38,721 nt of DNA from a virus (lineage: Duplodnaviria > Caudoviricetes), in IMG/VR virus record IMGVR_UViG_3300024331_000122, positions 1 through 38,721 of that record. One strand, written 5' to 3'. The notes below the pieces were generated by a model that was not told the DNA's origin, ran no database searches, and worked only from the letters and a program-made list of their open reading frames with translations. Below, in pieces: positions 15,826 to 25,536 of this stretch (the first letter of the stretch is position 1; the number at the start of each line of letters is the position of its first letter). The position numbers were made by a program, and so were the translations under genes.

Positions 15826-18039
15826 TTAGTTCGGCCTCGATCCGTCCGGACGCGCGTACACTCGCACGCGATCGATCACCGCCGCTTGTCCCGCCGCGAA
15901 CTGGTTCTGTCCAAATTCCAGGTGGATGAGTGCTGCGCGGACCGGGAATCCGCCGATGGCTGTGTACTCGCGCTGCGGCGCCGTTGCGAGCGCATTCTGC
16001 ACGTAGTAGCGGGCCAGCGGCAGCACACCCGCGCCTGGTCCGCCAAGAGTAATCGACGTCGGACTGTTCACCACAGCGATCGGAAACGTCAGCGCCTGGC
16101 CCGGAATGATGATGGCCATAGGCGACTGCAGGTCCGTGAAGAGATCGCCGGCCAGCCAGGTCACCGCGTTACCGTTTGTTGAAATGTCACCCATGCGGCC
16201 GTTGAAGAAGACGGACGTCGCCGCGCCGCTCCCACCGATCAGGTAGTACTTGATGTTCAGCGTACCGATCCCCGTGGCTTCAAACGCCACACCTCCGAAC
16301 ATGTTGCTCGCGCGCATCTCTGGCGCGATCGCACCCGTCCGATAGAACCACGAGAAATTAACGTTGCCCGCTCCACCAGCGTCATAGTTCGCCGTTGGAT
16401 CAAAGGTCCTCACGTAGCGGCCGCCGGCGCCGGAAATGCCCGCGGCCGTCGCGATCAGCGGCACATTGCCGTCCACCTGGATCGACGTCCACATGTCGGA
16501 GTTCGTCGCAGGAATCCACGTGTCCCACTTTGGATCCGCGTCGTCCTGGTAGTCCATCACCATGATGCGGTCGGGAGAATTTTGCCCCGGCCCTGGCACC
16601 AGGCAATAGATGCGCTTGTTGAACGCATCCACACGCACCTCCGCGCCCGCGTTGAATTTCGCCGAGTTCAGCGCCTTCCACGTGGGCCGGATGTTCTTCG
16701 ACAACTCGGTGGCTGCGCCGTCGAACTTATACAATCCCTTTTCATTCAGGATGTACGCCGAGCTGACCACGCCCATGTCGTCCGTCTCGTAGTCGACGCC
16801 GGAAAGGGAAATGCTTCCCAGGTTCGGCACGATCCGCCGCGGAGGCGCCCAGTTCGCCGGCACGTCGCCGTTGTCTTCCACCGCCCAGATTGCCCGGTCC
16901 TTCGTGATGTAAAGGGGCCCATACTTGTCTGCCCAGCAGTTTGTGATTGCTTGGCCGTCGTCGCGATTGACAATGATGAACCCCGTCGACGCGTTGACGC
17001 TCTCCGGCGCATCCGGATCCGAAATGTAGAGCGCCGATCGGTTCCCCGGATCGCCCCACGTCACCAGCCGCGACCCATAGGTGACTGCGCCGGCGCGTGG
17101 AATATTTTGAATCACCGAAGGCGACGCACTGGCCGATGCCGTCACATCCCAGTAGTTCGCGTAGTTGCTCGCGTTCAATAGCGGCGAGCTGGCCAGCGTG
17201 AAGTCATCGATGTTGATCGTGCCGGTGGTGCTGGTGTTGTCCGCGATCGTCGTCACGATGAAGTACGTCAGCAGGCCTGCGCCCGTCATGCAAAGATGCC
17301 GCTTCACGCAATCCGTGTTGCTATAGCCGGCCACCGCGAAGTCCGTTCCATAGCGAGGAACGTTGGTAACGTTGATCGTTTGATTTCCCGCCGTGACGTT
17401 GATCGACGCAAACGCAATGAGATTGGTGAAGGGAAACGCCGGCGAGACGTTGCAGAACGATCGAAAGCCCGACGCGGTTTCGAACAGCACCGCCACGCGA
17501 TGCACGCCCAGCGAACAGTTTCCGCCGGCGCCGAGCGCCAGCGTCGCAACCGGCACCGTGCCGGCCGGATGTCCCAGGCACATCCTCGAGACTCGGCCGC
17601 TCGCCGGCGTCCAGATATACGGAGACGTCGGCGCAGCGCCCACGCCGTACTGTCCGTTCGACAACGTGATGAACGCGTTGGCACCGTACTGCGCGAGACG
17701 GAAGTGAACCGCACCGCCGCAGTCGCCGATCAGCGTTGCCGGCGCACCGCCTCCCAGCGACGCATAGAGAACGTTCGACGCCAGAAACACATAGTAGGAT
17801 GCCGCCGGCGCCGGCTGCCGGAAGATCTCGAAGTGACTGACGCCGTTTCCGCCCAGCGCCCCGGGCCCCATGTCGTACAGGCGACTCGCCCCAGGACGCA
17901 TCGTCACCGCGCCAGGTGGGTACGCACAGTTCTGTGTTGCGATCGCGTAGTCTGCGGGCACCTGCGACGGTAGCCCTGGCAGCGTCATCAGCCCACGGAA
18001 GCCGCCAATCGGAATTGGTTCAAAGTTCGCGAGCGACAC
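15826..18039 (-). CDS. Tail tube / stabilization protein (P22 gp10- or T7 gp12-like position)
   Basis: 737 aa, beta-rich; IGGFRGL N-terminus, ALYISDP.APE blade-like motifs; synteny. Confidence 0.75.
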   Translation of the reverse strand: MSLANFEPIPIGGFRGLMTLPGLPSQVPADYAIATQNCAYPPGAVTMRPGASRLYDMGPGALGGNGVSHFEIFRQPAPAASYYVFLASNVLYASLGGGAPATLIGDCGGAVHFRLAQYGANAFITLSNGQYGVGAAPTSPYIWTPASGRVSRMCLGHPAGTVPVATLALGAGGNCSLGVHRVAVLFETASGFRSFCNVSPAFPFTNLIAFASINVTAGNQTINVTNVPRYGTDFAVAGYSNTDCVKRHLCMTGAGLLTYFIVTTIADNTSTTGTINIDDFTLASSPLLNASNYANYWDVTASASASPSVIQNIPRAGAVTYGSRLVTWGDPGNRSALYISDPDAPESVNASTGFIIVNRDDGQAITNCWADKYGPLYITKDRAIWAVEDNGDVPANWAPPRRIVPNLGSISLSGVDYETDDMGVVSSAYILNEKGLYKFDGAATELSKNIRPTWKALNSAKFNAGAEVRVDAFNKRIYCLVPGPGQNSPDRIMVMDYQDDADPKWDTWIPATNSDMWTSIQVDGNVPLIATAAGISGAGGRYVRTFDPTANYDAGGAGNVNFSWFYRTGAIAPEMRASNMFGGVAFEATGIGTLNIKYYLIGGSGAATSVFFNGRMGDISTNGNAVTWLAGDLFTDLQSPMAIIIPGQALTFPIAVVNSPTSITLGGPGAGVLPLARYYVQNALATAPQREYTAIGGFPVRAALIHLEFGQNQFAAGQAAVIDRVRVYARPDGSRPN

Positions 18040-18052
18040 GACTGCCTCTTTC

Positions 18053-18580
18053 TTACAGCAATCCGGTGATGCGTCGCAGACCGAAGGTCACCACGCCGTT
18101 CGCGAAACCGCCGAGTGTTCCCGAGAACTTGATCCCCAGGCTCGCCCCGCGCGGAATCACCAGTGCCGCCGCCGAAGACGACAGAGCGCCGACAACGTTG
18201 GTATCCGCGGCGCCCACCAGCGACATCGTTGCCGCCAGCATCGCCGTGCCGGCCGCCACCGCGGTCCCGTTCGCGCAGTTGACCAGCGTCGCTGCAAAGT
18301 TCGCGCCGCCCGCTGCGGAGAAGCGCATCACCGGAGGCTGCACCAGCTGCCAGTTTTCGTTGTACGCCGTGAAGAGAATCTGGCTGGTGCCGGTGAGTCC
18401 GTTGAAGCTGACGTGATCCACGCCGGCATTCGCCGCGTATACGACGGTCCCACCAGGATCCTTCTTCAGCCCATCGAGAAAGTCCGCCCACTCTTCCGGC
18501 GTGCGCGGCGCTGCGTGGCCTTTCCATTTCAGATCGACGCCCAACTTGAGAATGCGCCCGGCCTTCTTCGTCTTCGACAT
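18053..18580 (-). CDS. Putative virion structural/decoration protein
   Basis: GGAGG RBS before ATG 18580; Ala/Gly/Thr-rich beta-type C-terminal domain. Confidence 0.6.
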   Translation of the reverse strand: MSKTKKAGRILKLGVDLKWKGHAAPRTPEEWADFLDGLKKDPGGTVVYAANAGVDHVSFNGLTGTSQILFTAYNENWQLVQPPVMRFSAAGGANFAATLVNCANGTAVAAGTAMLAATMSLVGAADTNVVGALSSSAAALVIPRGASLGIKFSGTLGGFANGVVTFGLRRITGLL

Positions 18581-18602
18581 GCTCTTTTCCTCCGCTGTTG
18601 AA

Positions 18603-19262
18603 TTACCGCGAGTAACGCCGCGGCCTGCGCACCACACCCTGCTGCAACCTCGTCCGGCGGTTCAGCGCCGCACTCAATCGCTTCTGATACCGCGCATCGT
18701 TCTTGAGCGCCAACGTGTCGCGCCCCGTGGGATCCGCCGCCAGCGCCGCAATCCCGAACACGATGCACCAGTAAAAATCGTCGTACCCGATCGCTCCGTT
18801 CGCCGCGGGGTAGGGAAGATCCGCCTCGACGTGGACCAGGATCAAAAGATTCTGGTTCGCCCCGTTCACCGCCAGGACATTCGACGTCCCGTTCTGAGCC
18901 GCGGACCACCACCACTCCCCGAGAAACGACGGCAGCACGGGTGGAGGTGGCGGCAGCGTGCGCTTTCTCACCGGCAGCCATACATCGTTCGCCGTCAGAC
19001 GCTGCCACATACCCTTCGGCTCGTAGAGATTGCCGATCGCCGACGTGTCGATCGTCGTCTGGTTCGCCACGTAGTTCAGAGTTTGGAAAAACTCATTCCA
19101 CGGGATCCCCTCATTCGAAAACGCCGTTTCCAGATCCGAGTACACCTGCGCCGCAAACGGCATCAGAAACGCCGTCGTGTATTGCAGCTGCCCCTGGTCG
19201 AGCAGCAGCGCCGCCGCATCCGTGCAGGCCTGCGCGAACGTCCGGCCGGCGATTGTACTCAT
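18603..19262 (-). CDS. Head-tail adaptor (tail tubular protein A-like)
   Basis: Helix-beta-helix layout, ~220 aa, basic C-terminus, upstream of the tail tube gene. Confidence 0.7.
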   Translation of the reverse strand: MSTIAGRTFAQACTDAAALLLDQGQLQYTTAFLMPFAAQVYSDLETAFSNEGIPWNEFFQTLNYVANQTTIDTSAIGNLYEPKGMWQRLTANDVWLPVRKRTLPPPPPVLPSFLGEWWWSAAQNGTSNVLAVNGANQNLLILVHVEADLPYPAANGAIGYDDFYWCIVFGIAALAADPTGRDTLALKNDARYQKRLSAALNRRTRLQQGVVRRPRRYSR

Positions 19263-19879
19263 ACTCTGTGCTCCGCTACGTTTCCCTTCAGCACGTCCTC
19301 GATCCGGACATCACCGAGTCCTTGCTGCATCAGCGTCCGCTTCCAGTACGCCAGCTTCATCGGCCCCTGGTTCGCCTGGAAATACACCTCGTCCAGCTGC
19401 CCGCTCGATCCGTCCAGCACCACGTTGTACTGATACTGCACAATCGTTGGACCCGCGATTGACTCGCCGTCCGGATCGCGCTCGGTCCAGTCCGCGGTCC
19501 CCGCGCTGCTCCGCTCGTTCGGTCCCAGCGCCAGCATCTCGGGACAGAACTTGCATCCTCGATACGCCAGTTCGAACTTCGGATACCACGGCTGCCCGTT
19601 CGTTAATTTGCCGTCCTTGTGCAGCGCGAATTGGATTTCACGTTGCACGCACCAATCGTTGTCCTGATCCAGCGACATGATCAGCTGCGTCAGCACCGTG
19701 CCGTCTTCGTCCGGATGCCACACGCCGTCCGGCGACTGCGCCCAGTAGTTCTGCCCGAGGCCCCAGGTCCCGCTCTCCCCATCGCACGCCGTGACAAAGC
19801 TCCCGCCGTTGATAAAGGAAAGGTTCACCCGTGGCGCGGTCGGCATCAACAGGAACGCCGTCGCCGGAATCAGTTTCAT
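19259..19879 (-). CDS. Hypothetical protein
   Basis: 206-aa ORF coupled to its neighbours. Confidence 0.7.
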   Translation of the reverse strand: MKLIPATAFLLMPTAPRVNLSFINGGSFVTACDGESGTWGLGQNYWAQSPDGVWHPDEDGTVLTQLIMSLDQDNDWCVQREIQFALHKDGKLTNGQPWYPKFELAYRGCKFCPEMLALGPNERSSAGTADWTERDPDGESIAGPTIVQYQYNVVLDGSSGQLDEVYFQANQGPMKLAYWKRTLMQQGLGDVRIEDVLKGNVAEHRV

Positions 19880-19882
19880 TTA

Positions 19883-20269
19883 TTAGCTCCGCTGCATGTG
19901 GTCGTACTTCGATCGCACCTGCGACGCCATGGTGAGCAGCGACAGCGGCGCCAGGCGCAGCGTCTGAAGCGTCGGCTGCGTCTTGTCGTAGCCAGGACTC
20001 GCCGGACGAATCACCATGCCAAAGAGGATCCACGGCCCTTCGTTGAACTTCGGAAACAACTCGGGCACCATGTCGTAGTCCGAGAACGCGAACAGTCCGT
20101 CCGGTACCGGCGCGCTGAGCTGGGTATTGATCCGCGTCACGGTCGGAAGCTGCGCGTAGACGGCCGCGAGCGACTGGCGCAGCTGCTCCGCCGTCGTCGC
20201 GCTCTGGATCAGCGCATTGTAAGTATCCGGAGTCGTCGCCGACAGAAGATCCAGTATCGGTTCGTTCAT
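19883..20269 (-). CDS. Hypothetical protein
   Basis: 128-aa ORF, GGAGGTG RBS. Confidence 0.7.
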   Translation of the reverse strand: MNEPILDLLSATTPDTYNALIQSATTAEQLRQSLAAVYAQLPTVTRINTQLSAPVPDGLFAFSDYDMVPELFPKFNEGPWILFGMVIRPASPGYDKTQPTLQTLRLAPLSLLTMASQVRSKYDHMQRS

Positions 20270-21073
20270 TTACTTCACCTCCGCCACGAACGCGTCCAGG
20301 CCCTTCACGTAACGCCCCAGCACCAGCCGGCTCTCACAGCTGCCCGGCGACAGATGTAGAGTCCCGCTCAACATCGATCCCGCGAACGCGCCGGCGGGTG
20401 GCGGCGCTTCGCCCTCGAAGTAGTCCTGCGCTTGGTGGAAGATCGGAATCGCCGAGACAATCCCCGTCAGCACCGAGCTCGACACCTTGACCACTCCGCC
20501 GGCTCCGAGAACCGCGGCAAGACTCGCCGCTTCTTCCAGCCACTTCGCGGCGCGAACTTTCTTGTTGTGTCGCCGCGCCTCCTGCGTCGTTACATCGTTC
20601 AGCGCGGGATTGATCGTCGCGAATTTTCCCACCGCGGCTTGCGTCACAAACGCGGTCGCGATATCGATCGGCGCCGGCGCGGTCCGCGCCAGGCACACGT
20701 CGACGCTGTAGACGGCCACGCCCTTCACCTTGGATCCGAACGCAGCCTTGAACGCTTCCAGCGGCTGCGGACTAAACGACGCGGTCACCTGCCCGTGTGC
20801 CGGCGCAATCGCGAGCAACATCACCGCCACGAGCACAGCAAGTCCTCGACTCGCCTGGACGGCCTTCGCCACGTCACCAAGGTTTCCCGTCGCGCCCGCT
20901 TGCGTCACCATCACCGTATCCGGTGCGCCGGCATCCTTGGCGAACAGCCCGAGCAGCGACAACGCAACGCTGATGGCCACCTGCCGCGGCGCCGCGCCGT
21001 TCGCGTATAGATTCAGTGCGCCCACCAGCAACCCTGCGATGGTCGTACGATAGTGAGAAAAGAAGTCCTTCAC
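20270..21073 (-). CDS. Holin-like N-terminus fused to an exported domain
   Basis: YRTTIAGLLVG...LLGLFAKDA two-TM holin-like pattern, then signal-like AVLVAVMLLAIAPAHG/Q. Confidence 0.55.
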   Translation of the reverse strand: MKDFFSHYRTTIAGLLVGALNLYANGAAPRQVAISVALSLLGLFAKDAGAPDTVMVTQAGATGNLGDVAKAVQASRGLAVLVAVMLLAIAPAHGQVTASFSPQPLEAFKAAFGSKVKGVAVYSVDVCLARTAPAPIDIATAFVTQAAVGKFATINPALNDVTTQEARRHNKKVRAAKWLEEAASLAAVLGAGGVVKVSSSVLTGIVSAIPIFHQAQDYFEGEAPPPAGAFAGSMLSGTLHLSPGSCESRLVLGRYVKGLDAFVAEVK

Positions 21074-21099
21074 CGTTCACCTCCGTTTTGATTTACCCT

Positions 21100-21375
21100 C
21101 TACCGCCTCCGGCGCGCGTCCTCCAGGATCGTCGCCCGGATATCCCTCAAGTCGCTTCCGTTCTGCTTCAACTCCGACAGCACCCGCTCTGACAGCTGGC
21201 GAAACTCCTCACGCGTCACGCGGTCCTGCAGGTCGCGTTCGATGATAGACACCCGCGCATTCAGCGCGGCCACTGCAGTCGCCGCGCCGAGCGCCGAGCT
21301 GACCAGGATGGTGACGAGTTTCCCCGCGATCGGTCCATTCCCATTGCCGTTACCGAAGCCGTTTCCTTCAGCCAT
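21100..21375 (-). CDS. Single-TM + coiled-coil protein (holin/anti-holin-like)
   Basis: LVTILVSSALGAATAVAAL followed by a coiled coil and an RRRR end. Confidence 0.6.
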   Translation of the reverse strand: MAEGNGFGNGNGNGPIAGKLVTILVSSALGAATAVAALNARVSIIERDLQDRVTREEFRQLSERVLSELKQNGSDLRDIRATILEDARRRR

Positions 21376-22887
21376 TCAGCACGATCCTCCGGTGAGAATT
21401 CCATTCGTGTAAATCAACGTCCCACACGGCAGCGTGACAGTCTTGTTGATACCGACCGGCCCTGCCTCGACGATTCCGTTCTGTTGTACAAAGACCTTCC
21501 CCTCATCAGCTGCGCTAAGACCGCCGCCGAGACGAAGCTGATGTGGCTTGTTGCAGGAGATTCCGTATCCGAACAACTGGCAACCAGGCTGTTGCACACC
21601 AACCGAGAATGCGGAAAGTCCGTATCCAAACATGGCGTGGCCATCGGTCGTAAGAACCGCTCCGTTGCCAGATGCTCCACCGTTCGCCGTGTTGCCGCCA
21701 CCCACCAGCGTGCTTCGATTCGCGGTCGTGATGAACTTTCCCGCCACGCCACCGATCGCGACGACGCCGTACCCCGAGAACGATTTACCGTTGCCGGCGT
21801 TCGGTCCAAGGAAGTACGAGGCGTCCCAAAACGACTGAACACTGACGCAGCTTAGGCGATCCGTCCACCCGTTCGTGAACCACTGGCCGCTGGTAGTGTC
21901 ACACTGAGGAACCAAGCGACCAGTCAGGTCAGCATCCGCAACGTTGATCGTGTAGGAGGTCTGCGTGCTAGGCACGCACTCGATCACGTGCAGACGCACA
22001 TCGTCGTTCTCATTGACCTTGCTCATCGCGATGCACGTCTTGACCACGCGGCTACTTTTCGGTAGCGGATAAGAGACGGTTATTTGACCCGCCACGGTGT
22101 TGTCCGTGATGTTCGTTTGCAGAATCACCGAGGTGATCGTCTCGCCAGCCATCTCGAAAGAAAGCTGGTCGTCCGGTGTGTTCCGGATATCGTCTTCAGT
22201 CCGATAGAAAACGCCCACGGCATGATGGCCAACTGTGACGAGGCCCGGCCCTCCGAGACTAAGCGAGCACGGTCCTGCAAAACATGGAGGACTTACACCC
22301 GTGTTGTGCAGATTGCCCGTAAAGGGTATGTGGCGGAATTGAGAAGCAGAAGTACTCCAGGTGCTATAAGAATTGACCGATGGGTTGCCGGGGGTAAGGT
22401 CCATCACGTCTGACTTGAACGGCCCCACCTGCGCGCCTCCGCGCTGCTGCCCATAAAACCAGATTGTACAGACGCTGCCCTCAACGCAGTCTGGCTGCGT
22501 AACGCTACCGATCACGGCTTGGAATGCCGACACGTATGCAACTGACCCACCCTTTGTCGTGGCTGCCATACACAACCCGTTTGGAGACGAGATGACGAGG
22601 CTGCCGCGCTGCAACGGCACCGAAGGGTTTTGCTCGAACTGACAATCACAATACCCGGAGTAGCACACGCTGATGGGATGCGACGAGGTAGCTGCAGCCT
22701 GAGTGATCCCGAACACGACTGGGCTTTGATCCCCTAACAGCGGACGAACCCACAATCCCTCCGTGATCTTCACTGGGACGTGGGCGGCCACGCCCTCGTA
22801 CGGACTGACGGTCCCCACGAGCGTGCTGGTCTGACCGAAAGCGGCGACCGTTAGAACTAGAAAAACTAGTAGGCGAGGCATCCCCAT
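21376..22887 (-). CDS. Exported Cys-rich fibre-like protein
   Basis: Signal peptide ...LTVAAFG/Q; 16 Cys; fibre-like C-terminus GTLIYTNGILTG. Confidence 0.7.
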   Translation of the reverse strand: MGMPRLLVFLVLTVAAFGQTSTLVGTVSPYEGVAAHVPVKITEGLWVRPLLGDQSPVVFGITQAAATSSHPISVCYSGYCDCQFEQNPSVPLQRGSLVISSPNGLCMAATTKGGSVAYVSAFQAVIGSVTQPDCVEGSVCTIWFYGQQRGGAQVGPFKSDVMDLTPGNPSVNSYSTWSTSASQFRHIPFTGNLHNTGVSPPCFAGPCSLSLGGPGLVTVGHHAVGVFYRTEDDIRNTPDDQLSFEMAGETITSVILQTNITDNTVAGQITVSYPLPKSSRVVKTCIAMSKVNENDDVRLHVIECVPSTQTSYTINVADADLTGRLVPQCDTTSGQWFTNGWTDRLSCVSVQSFWDASYFLGPNAGNGKSFSGYGVVAIGGVAGKFITTANRSTLVGGGNTANGGASGNGAVLTTDGHAMFGYGLSAFSVGVQQPGCQLFGYGISCNKPHQLRLGGGLSAADEGKVFVQQNGIVEAGPVGINKTVTLPCGTLIYTNGILTGGSC

Positions 22888-23915
22888 TTGATCGTGTCTC
22901 CGTTTGCGGTAGAAGCATTGAGTGCAAATGTCGCAGTTGTGGTGTTACCGCCGTTTTGCCAGATCGGATTGGCAGCCGTCGTAGTGATGTTGCCAGCCCA
23001 GCAGGACCATCCATTTGGTGCAGTCAATCCTGTAGCCCCGTTGAGTGTCACAGTCGCGGTGCATGCACCAGCGGCTCCAGTATTGAAAGAACCAGCCGTC
23101 GCTCCACCGACCGTCGTACCTGCTGAACATCCAGACACGGTGAATTTCGTGCCGCCCGACATATAGCCTGCGGCGCGCAGATCGCCGCTGGTGTCTGCGC
23201 TCCCGGTTCCCACCGCGATGTGCTTGGAAGCGGGGGACACTTCCGAAAACCCTACACCGATGGTTCCACCCGACGCGCCACCTGCATCAGAAAATCCCAG
23301 GAACAAGGTACGATCTACGATAAAACCGCCTGTTGTGGTGGCTGCCCGTTGCGCGCCTGCCGTGGCCGCCGTGAGAATATCGGTGCTAGCCATATACAAG
23401 CCGCGCCCTGTATTGATACCCATCTGCAACCCGGCGTTGTTCACCGTTCCTGCGTTCGTCAGTACGGACATCGCGCTGCCGTTGTAAACCATCGCGCTTC
23501 CCATTGGCTGCGCGTTGCTACCGTCCCAAACGAAATACTGTGACGTGGTGTACGATGCCTGCGCGGTGATCGTGGTGACGTTCGAGAACCCAGTCGGCCA
23601 CACGTGGGTACGATTGCCGGCACCATCTTGCGTAATAACGAAGCCAAGCTGTTGCCCGGCACCGCATCCGCTCAACGTCGACGACGTGACGTTACCTGTC
23701 AGAGTGATCGTGAACAGCGTAGGGGCCGTGGTCTGCGTACACGCATAGGTAGGTGTCGCTGAGAACGTCACGGCGATCACGGAAGGTGCTGATCCAGAGC
23801 TAATCGTTGTTACAGGACTGCCTCTCTGCGCACTGGAATACGGGTTGACAACGTTCCAATAGCACACCAGCCAGAAGACCAGAAAACCGGTAAGCCATTT
23901 CGTTGAGGTTTTCAT
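22866..23915 (-). CDS. Exported fibre-like protein
   Basis: ATG 23915 (ATGA overlap); MKTSTKWLTGFLVFWLV...YSSA/Q; TITLTGNVT...ITQDGAGNRT..WP fibre-type domain. Confidence 0.7.
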   Translation of the reverse strand: MKTSTKWLTGFLVFWLVCYWNVVNPYSSAQRGSPVTTISSGSAPSVIAVTFSATPTYACTQTTAPTLFTITLTGNVTSSTLSGCGAGQQLGFVITQDGAGNRTHVWPTGFSNVTTITAQASYTTSQYFVWDGSNAQPMGSAMVYNGSAMSVLTNAGTVNNAGLQMGINTGRGLYMASTDILTAATAGAQRAATTTGGFIVDRTLFLGFSDAGGASGGTIGVGFSEVSPASKHIAVGTGSADTSGDLRAAGYMSGGTKFTVSGCSAGTTVGGATAGSFNTGAAGACTATVTLNGATGLTAPNGWSCWAGNITTTAANPIWQNGGNTTTATFALNASTANGDTIKWGCLAY

Positions 23916-24721
23916 TTTGTGGTCACCTGAAAGATGCCAACCGCACCGGCAACCGCTTTTGTGAAAGGAGTTGTCGTCGCCGTGGAAAACCAGCACGATA
24001 ACCCCGTCGAGAATTGGATCGGACCTTGCCCCCAACCTGCATTATTTGGAGCTGCGCCCAGCGCAAAAGTAACAATAGGCGTCACAGCGCCATCAACAGG
24101 TACAGTGAGCGAATCCGCGCACTGCACAAGAAGATTGGCGGCCGACGTGTTGTTGATCGCCACGACGTCATACAGGTTCCCCGCGCCGGTGACGATGGCC
24201 GCGTGCGACGCTTCCAGCGCCGCCGACTTGTAATAGGTCTTAGCGATCGTAGAGGAAGACGATGGCACGACGTTGACCGAGACAGTCCCCGCAATGCTCA
24301 CGTTCGATCCCGGATCCACGGACGGAAAACAGGAGCTAAGCACCACGGTCGGGCTCGCGCCGCCATTCAGCGTCGTCAGTTCAACAAACCAGAACTTAAA
24401 CGCGCCCTTCGCCGTGATCGCGTCTCCGGACTGCGTTCCAGACGTGTTCGTGAACGCACCCCACTTCACCAGCGGCTCCGTCCCTGTCGGCGGATTATGA
24501 TTCGATGCCGTGATGCGCACCGATACGTTCGCCGGCGTTCCCGTCGTGTTATACGTCGCGCTGAGGGAAACCAGCCCCGAGCCAGGTGGCTGGAACAAAA
24601 CGCGCCGCGTACCGACGTCCGCCGTGGTCAAGGTAACGTCCGGAATGCAACCCGGACCCGTGCCCACCTGCGCGATCGCCGGCGCCGCACTGATCAGCAA
24701 CAGCAGCAACCCGCGCTTCAC
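23912..24721 (-). CDS. Exported decoration/spike-like protein
   Basis: GTG 24721 (GTGA overlap); MKRGLLLLLISAAPAIA/Q; two Thr/Ser-rich beta domains. Confidence 0.7.
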   Translation of the reverse strand: MKRGLLLLLISAAPAIAQVGTGPGCIPDVTLTTADVGTRRVLFQPPGSGLVSLSATYNTTGTPANVSVRITASNHNPPTGTEPLVKWGAFTNTSGTQSGDAITAKGAFKFWFVELTTLNGGASPTVVLSSCFPSVDPGSNVSIAGTVSVNVVPSSSSTIAKTYYKSAALEASHAAIVTGAGNLYDVVAINNTSAANLLVQCADSLTVPVDGAVTPIVTFALGAAPNNAGWGQGPIQFSTGLSCWFSTATTTPFTKAVAGAVGIFQVTTK

Positions 24722-25527
24722 TTCTTCACCGCCTTCTTCACGCCCGCCGCAGCCGCGTCGATATCGCCCGACACCAGCTGCTTCTGGCAGAACCGGCAAA
24801 TCAGCGCTGACGGTTTGATCCACTCCGCGCAGTACGGACACTCCACGCGATCGTCTGCCTGCGCTTCCGCTTGGCCCTTCTGATGTGCCACAGCGCCGGC
24901 CGTTCCACCCGTCATTCCGCCCTTCGAATCGAGGATGTCATGCAGCTTCAGGCCAAACTCCTCGGCCCACGCCATCTCCGCCTGCGCGTAGAAGGGACGT
25001 CCGCCCGGCTGGCCGCTGACGCCTTTGCGATACTCGAGCTCCGCCTGAGAAATCACCCAGGCCGCCCATTGCTTGCGCTGCGCCTGCGCCGTGAGGATCT
25101 CGCCTTGCGTCGGCTGCTCGCCCGCGATCCGGACCACGCCGTAACGTCCCCACTTCCGCGCCAGGTCATCGGCGCGTTCGTGGCCCAGGATCACGCGATC
25201 GAGCCACTGCGTCGTAGGCGTTTGCCCCGCGGCCTGATCCTGCGCGTTCGGATCCGGCTCGCGAAACCGCAGATCTTCGATGATCAACATCGAGTAGCCG
25301 TCGAGCTTGCCGCCCGGCATCACAATAAACGCTCCGGACGTCTTGGCCGTCTTTCCGAATCGCTCCTTGACAGCCTCCGGCGTCAGGTGCTCGCCATTGT
25401 TCGGCTGCAGCCAGGTCTGCCCAATCGGCGGCATCATGTACTCGCGGCCGTTTTCGTAGTCGCGCGCCGTGCAAGGCGGACACGTCAAAGGATTGTCGCT
25501 GCCCACGTAAATCAAACGTCCTTCCAT
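24718..25527 (-). CDS. Hypothetical protein with C-terminal zinc ribbon
   Basis: CPYCAEWIKPSALICRFC; GGAGG RBS. Confidence 0.75.
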   Translation of the reverse strand: MEGRLIYVGSDNPLTCPPCTARDYENGREYMMPPIGQTWLQPNNGEHLTPEAVKERFGKTAKTSGAFIVMPGGKLDGYSMLIIEDLRFREPDPNAQDQAAGQTPTTQWLDRVILGHERADDLARKWGRYGVVRIAGEQPTQGEILTAQAQRKQWAAWVISQAELEYRKGVSGQPGGRPFYAQAEMAWAEEFGLKLHDILDSKGGMTGGTAGAVAHQKGQAEAQADDRVECPYCAEWIKPSALICRFCQKQLVSGDIDAAAAGVKKAVKK

Positions 25528-25536
25528 TGCTTCCTC

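Noticed and set aside
23916-24035. Upstream extensions of the exported-protein ORFs (also 24722-24841)
   Set aside because: They overlap upstream genes; coupled starts at 23915 and 24721 expose clean signal peptides
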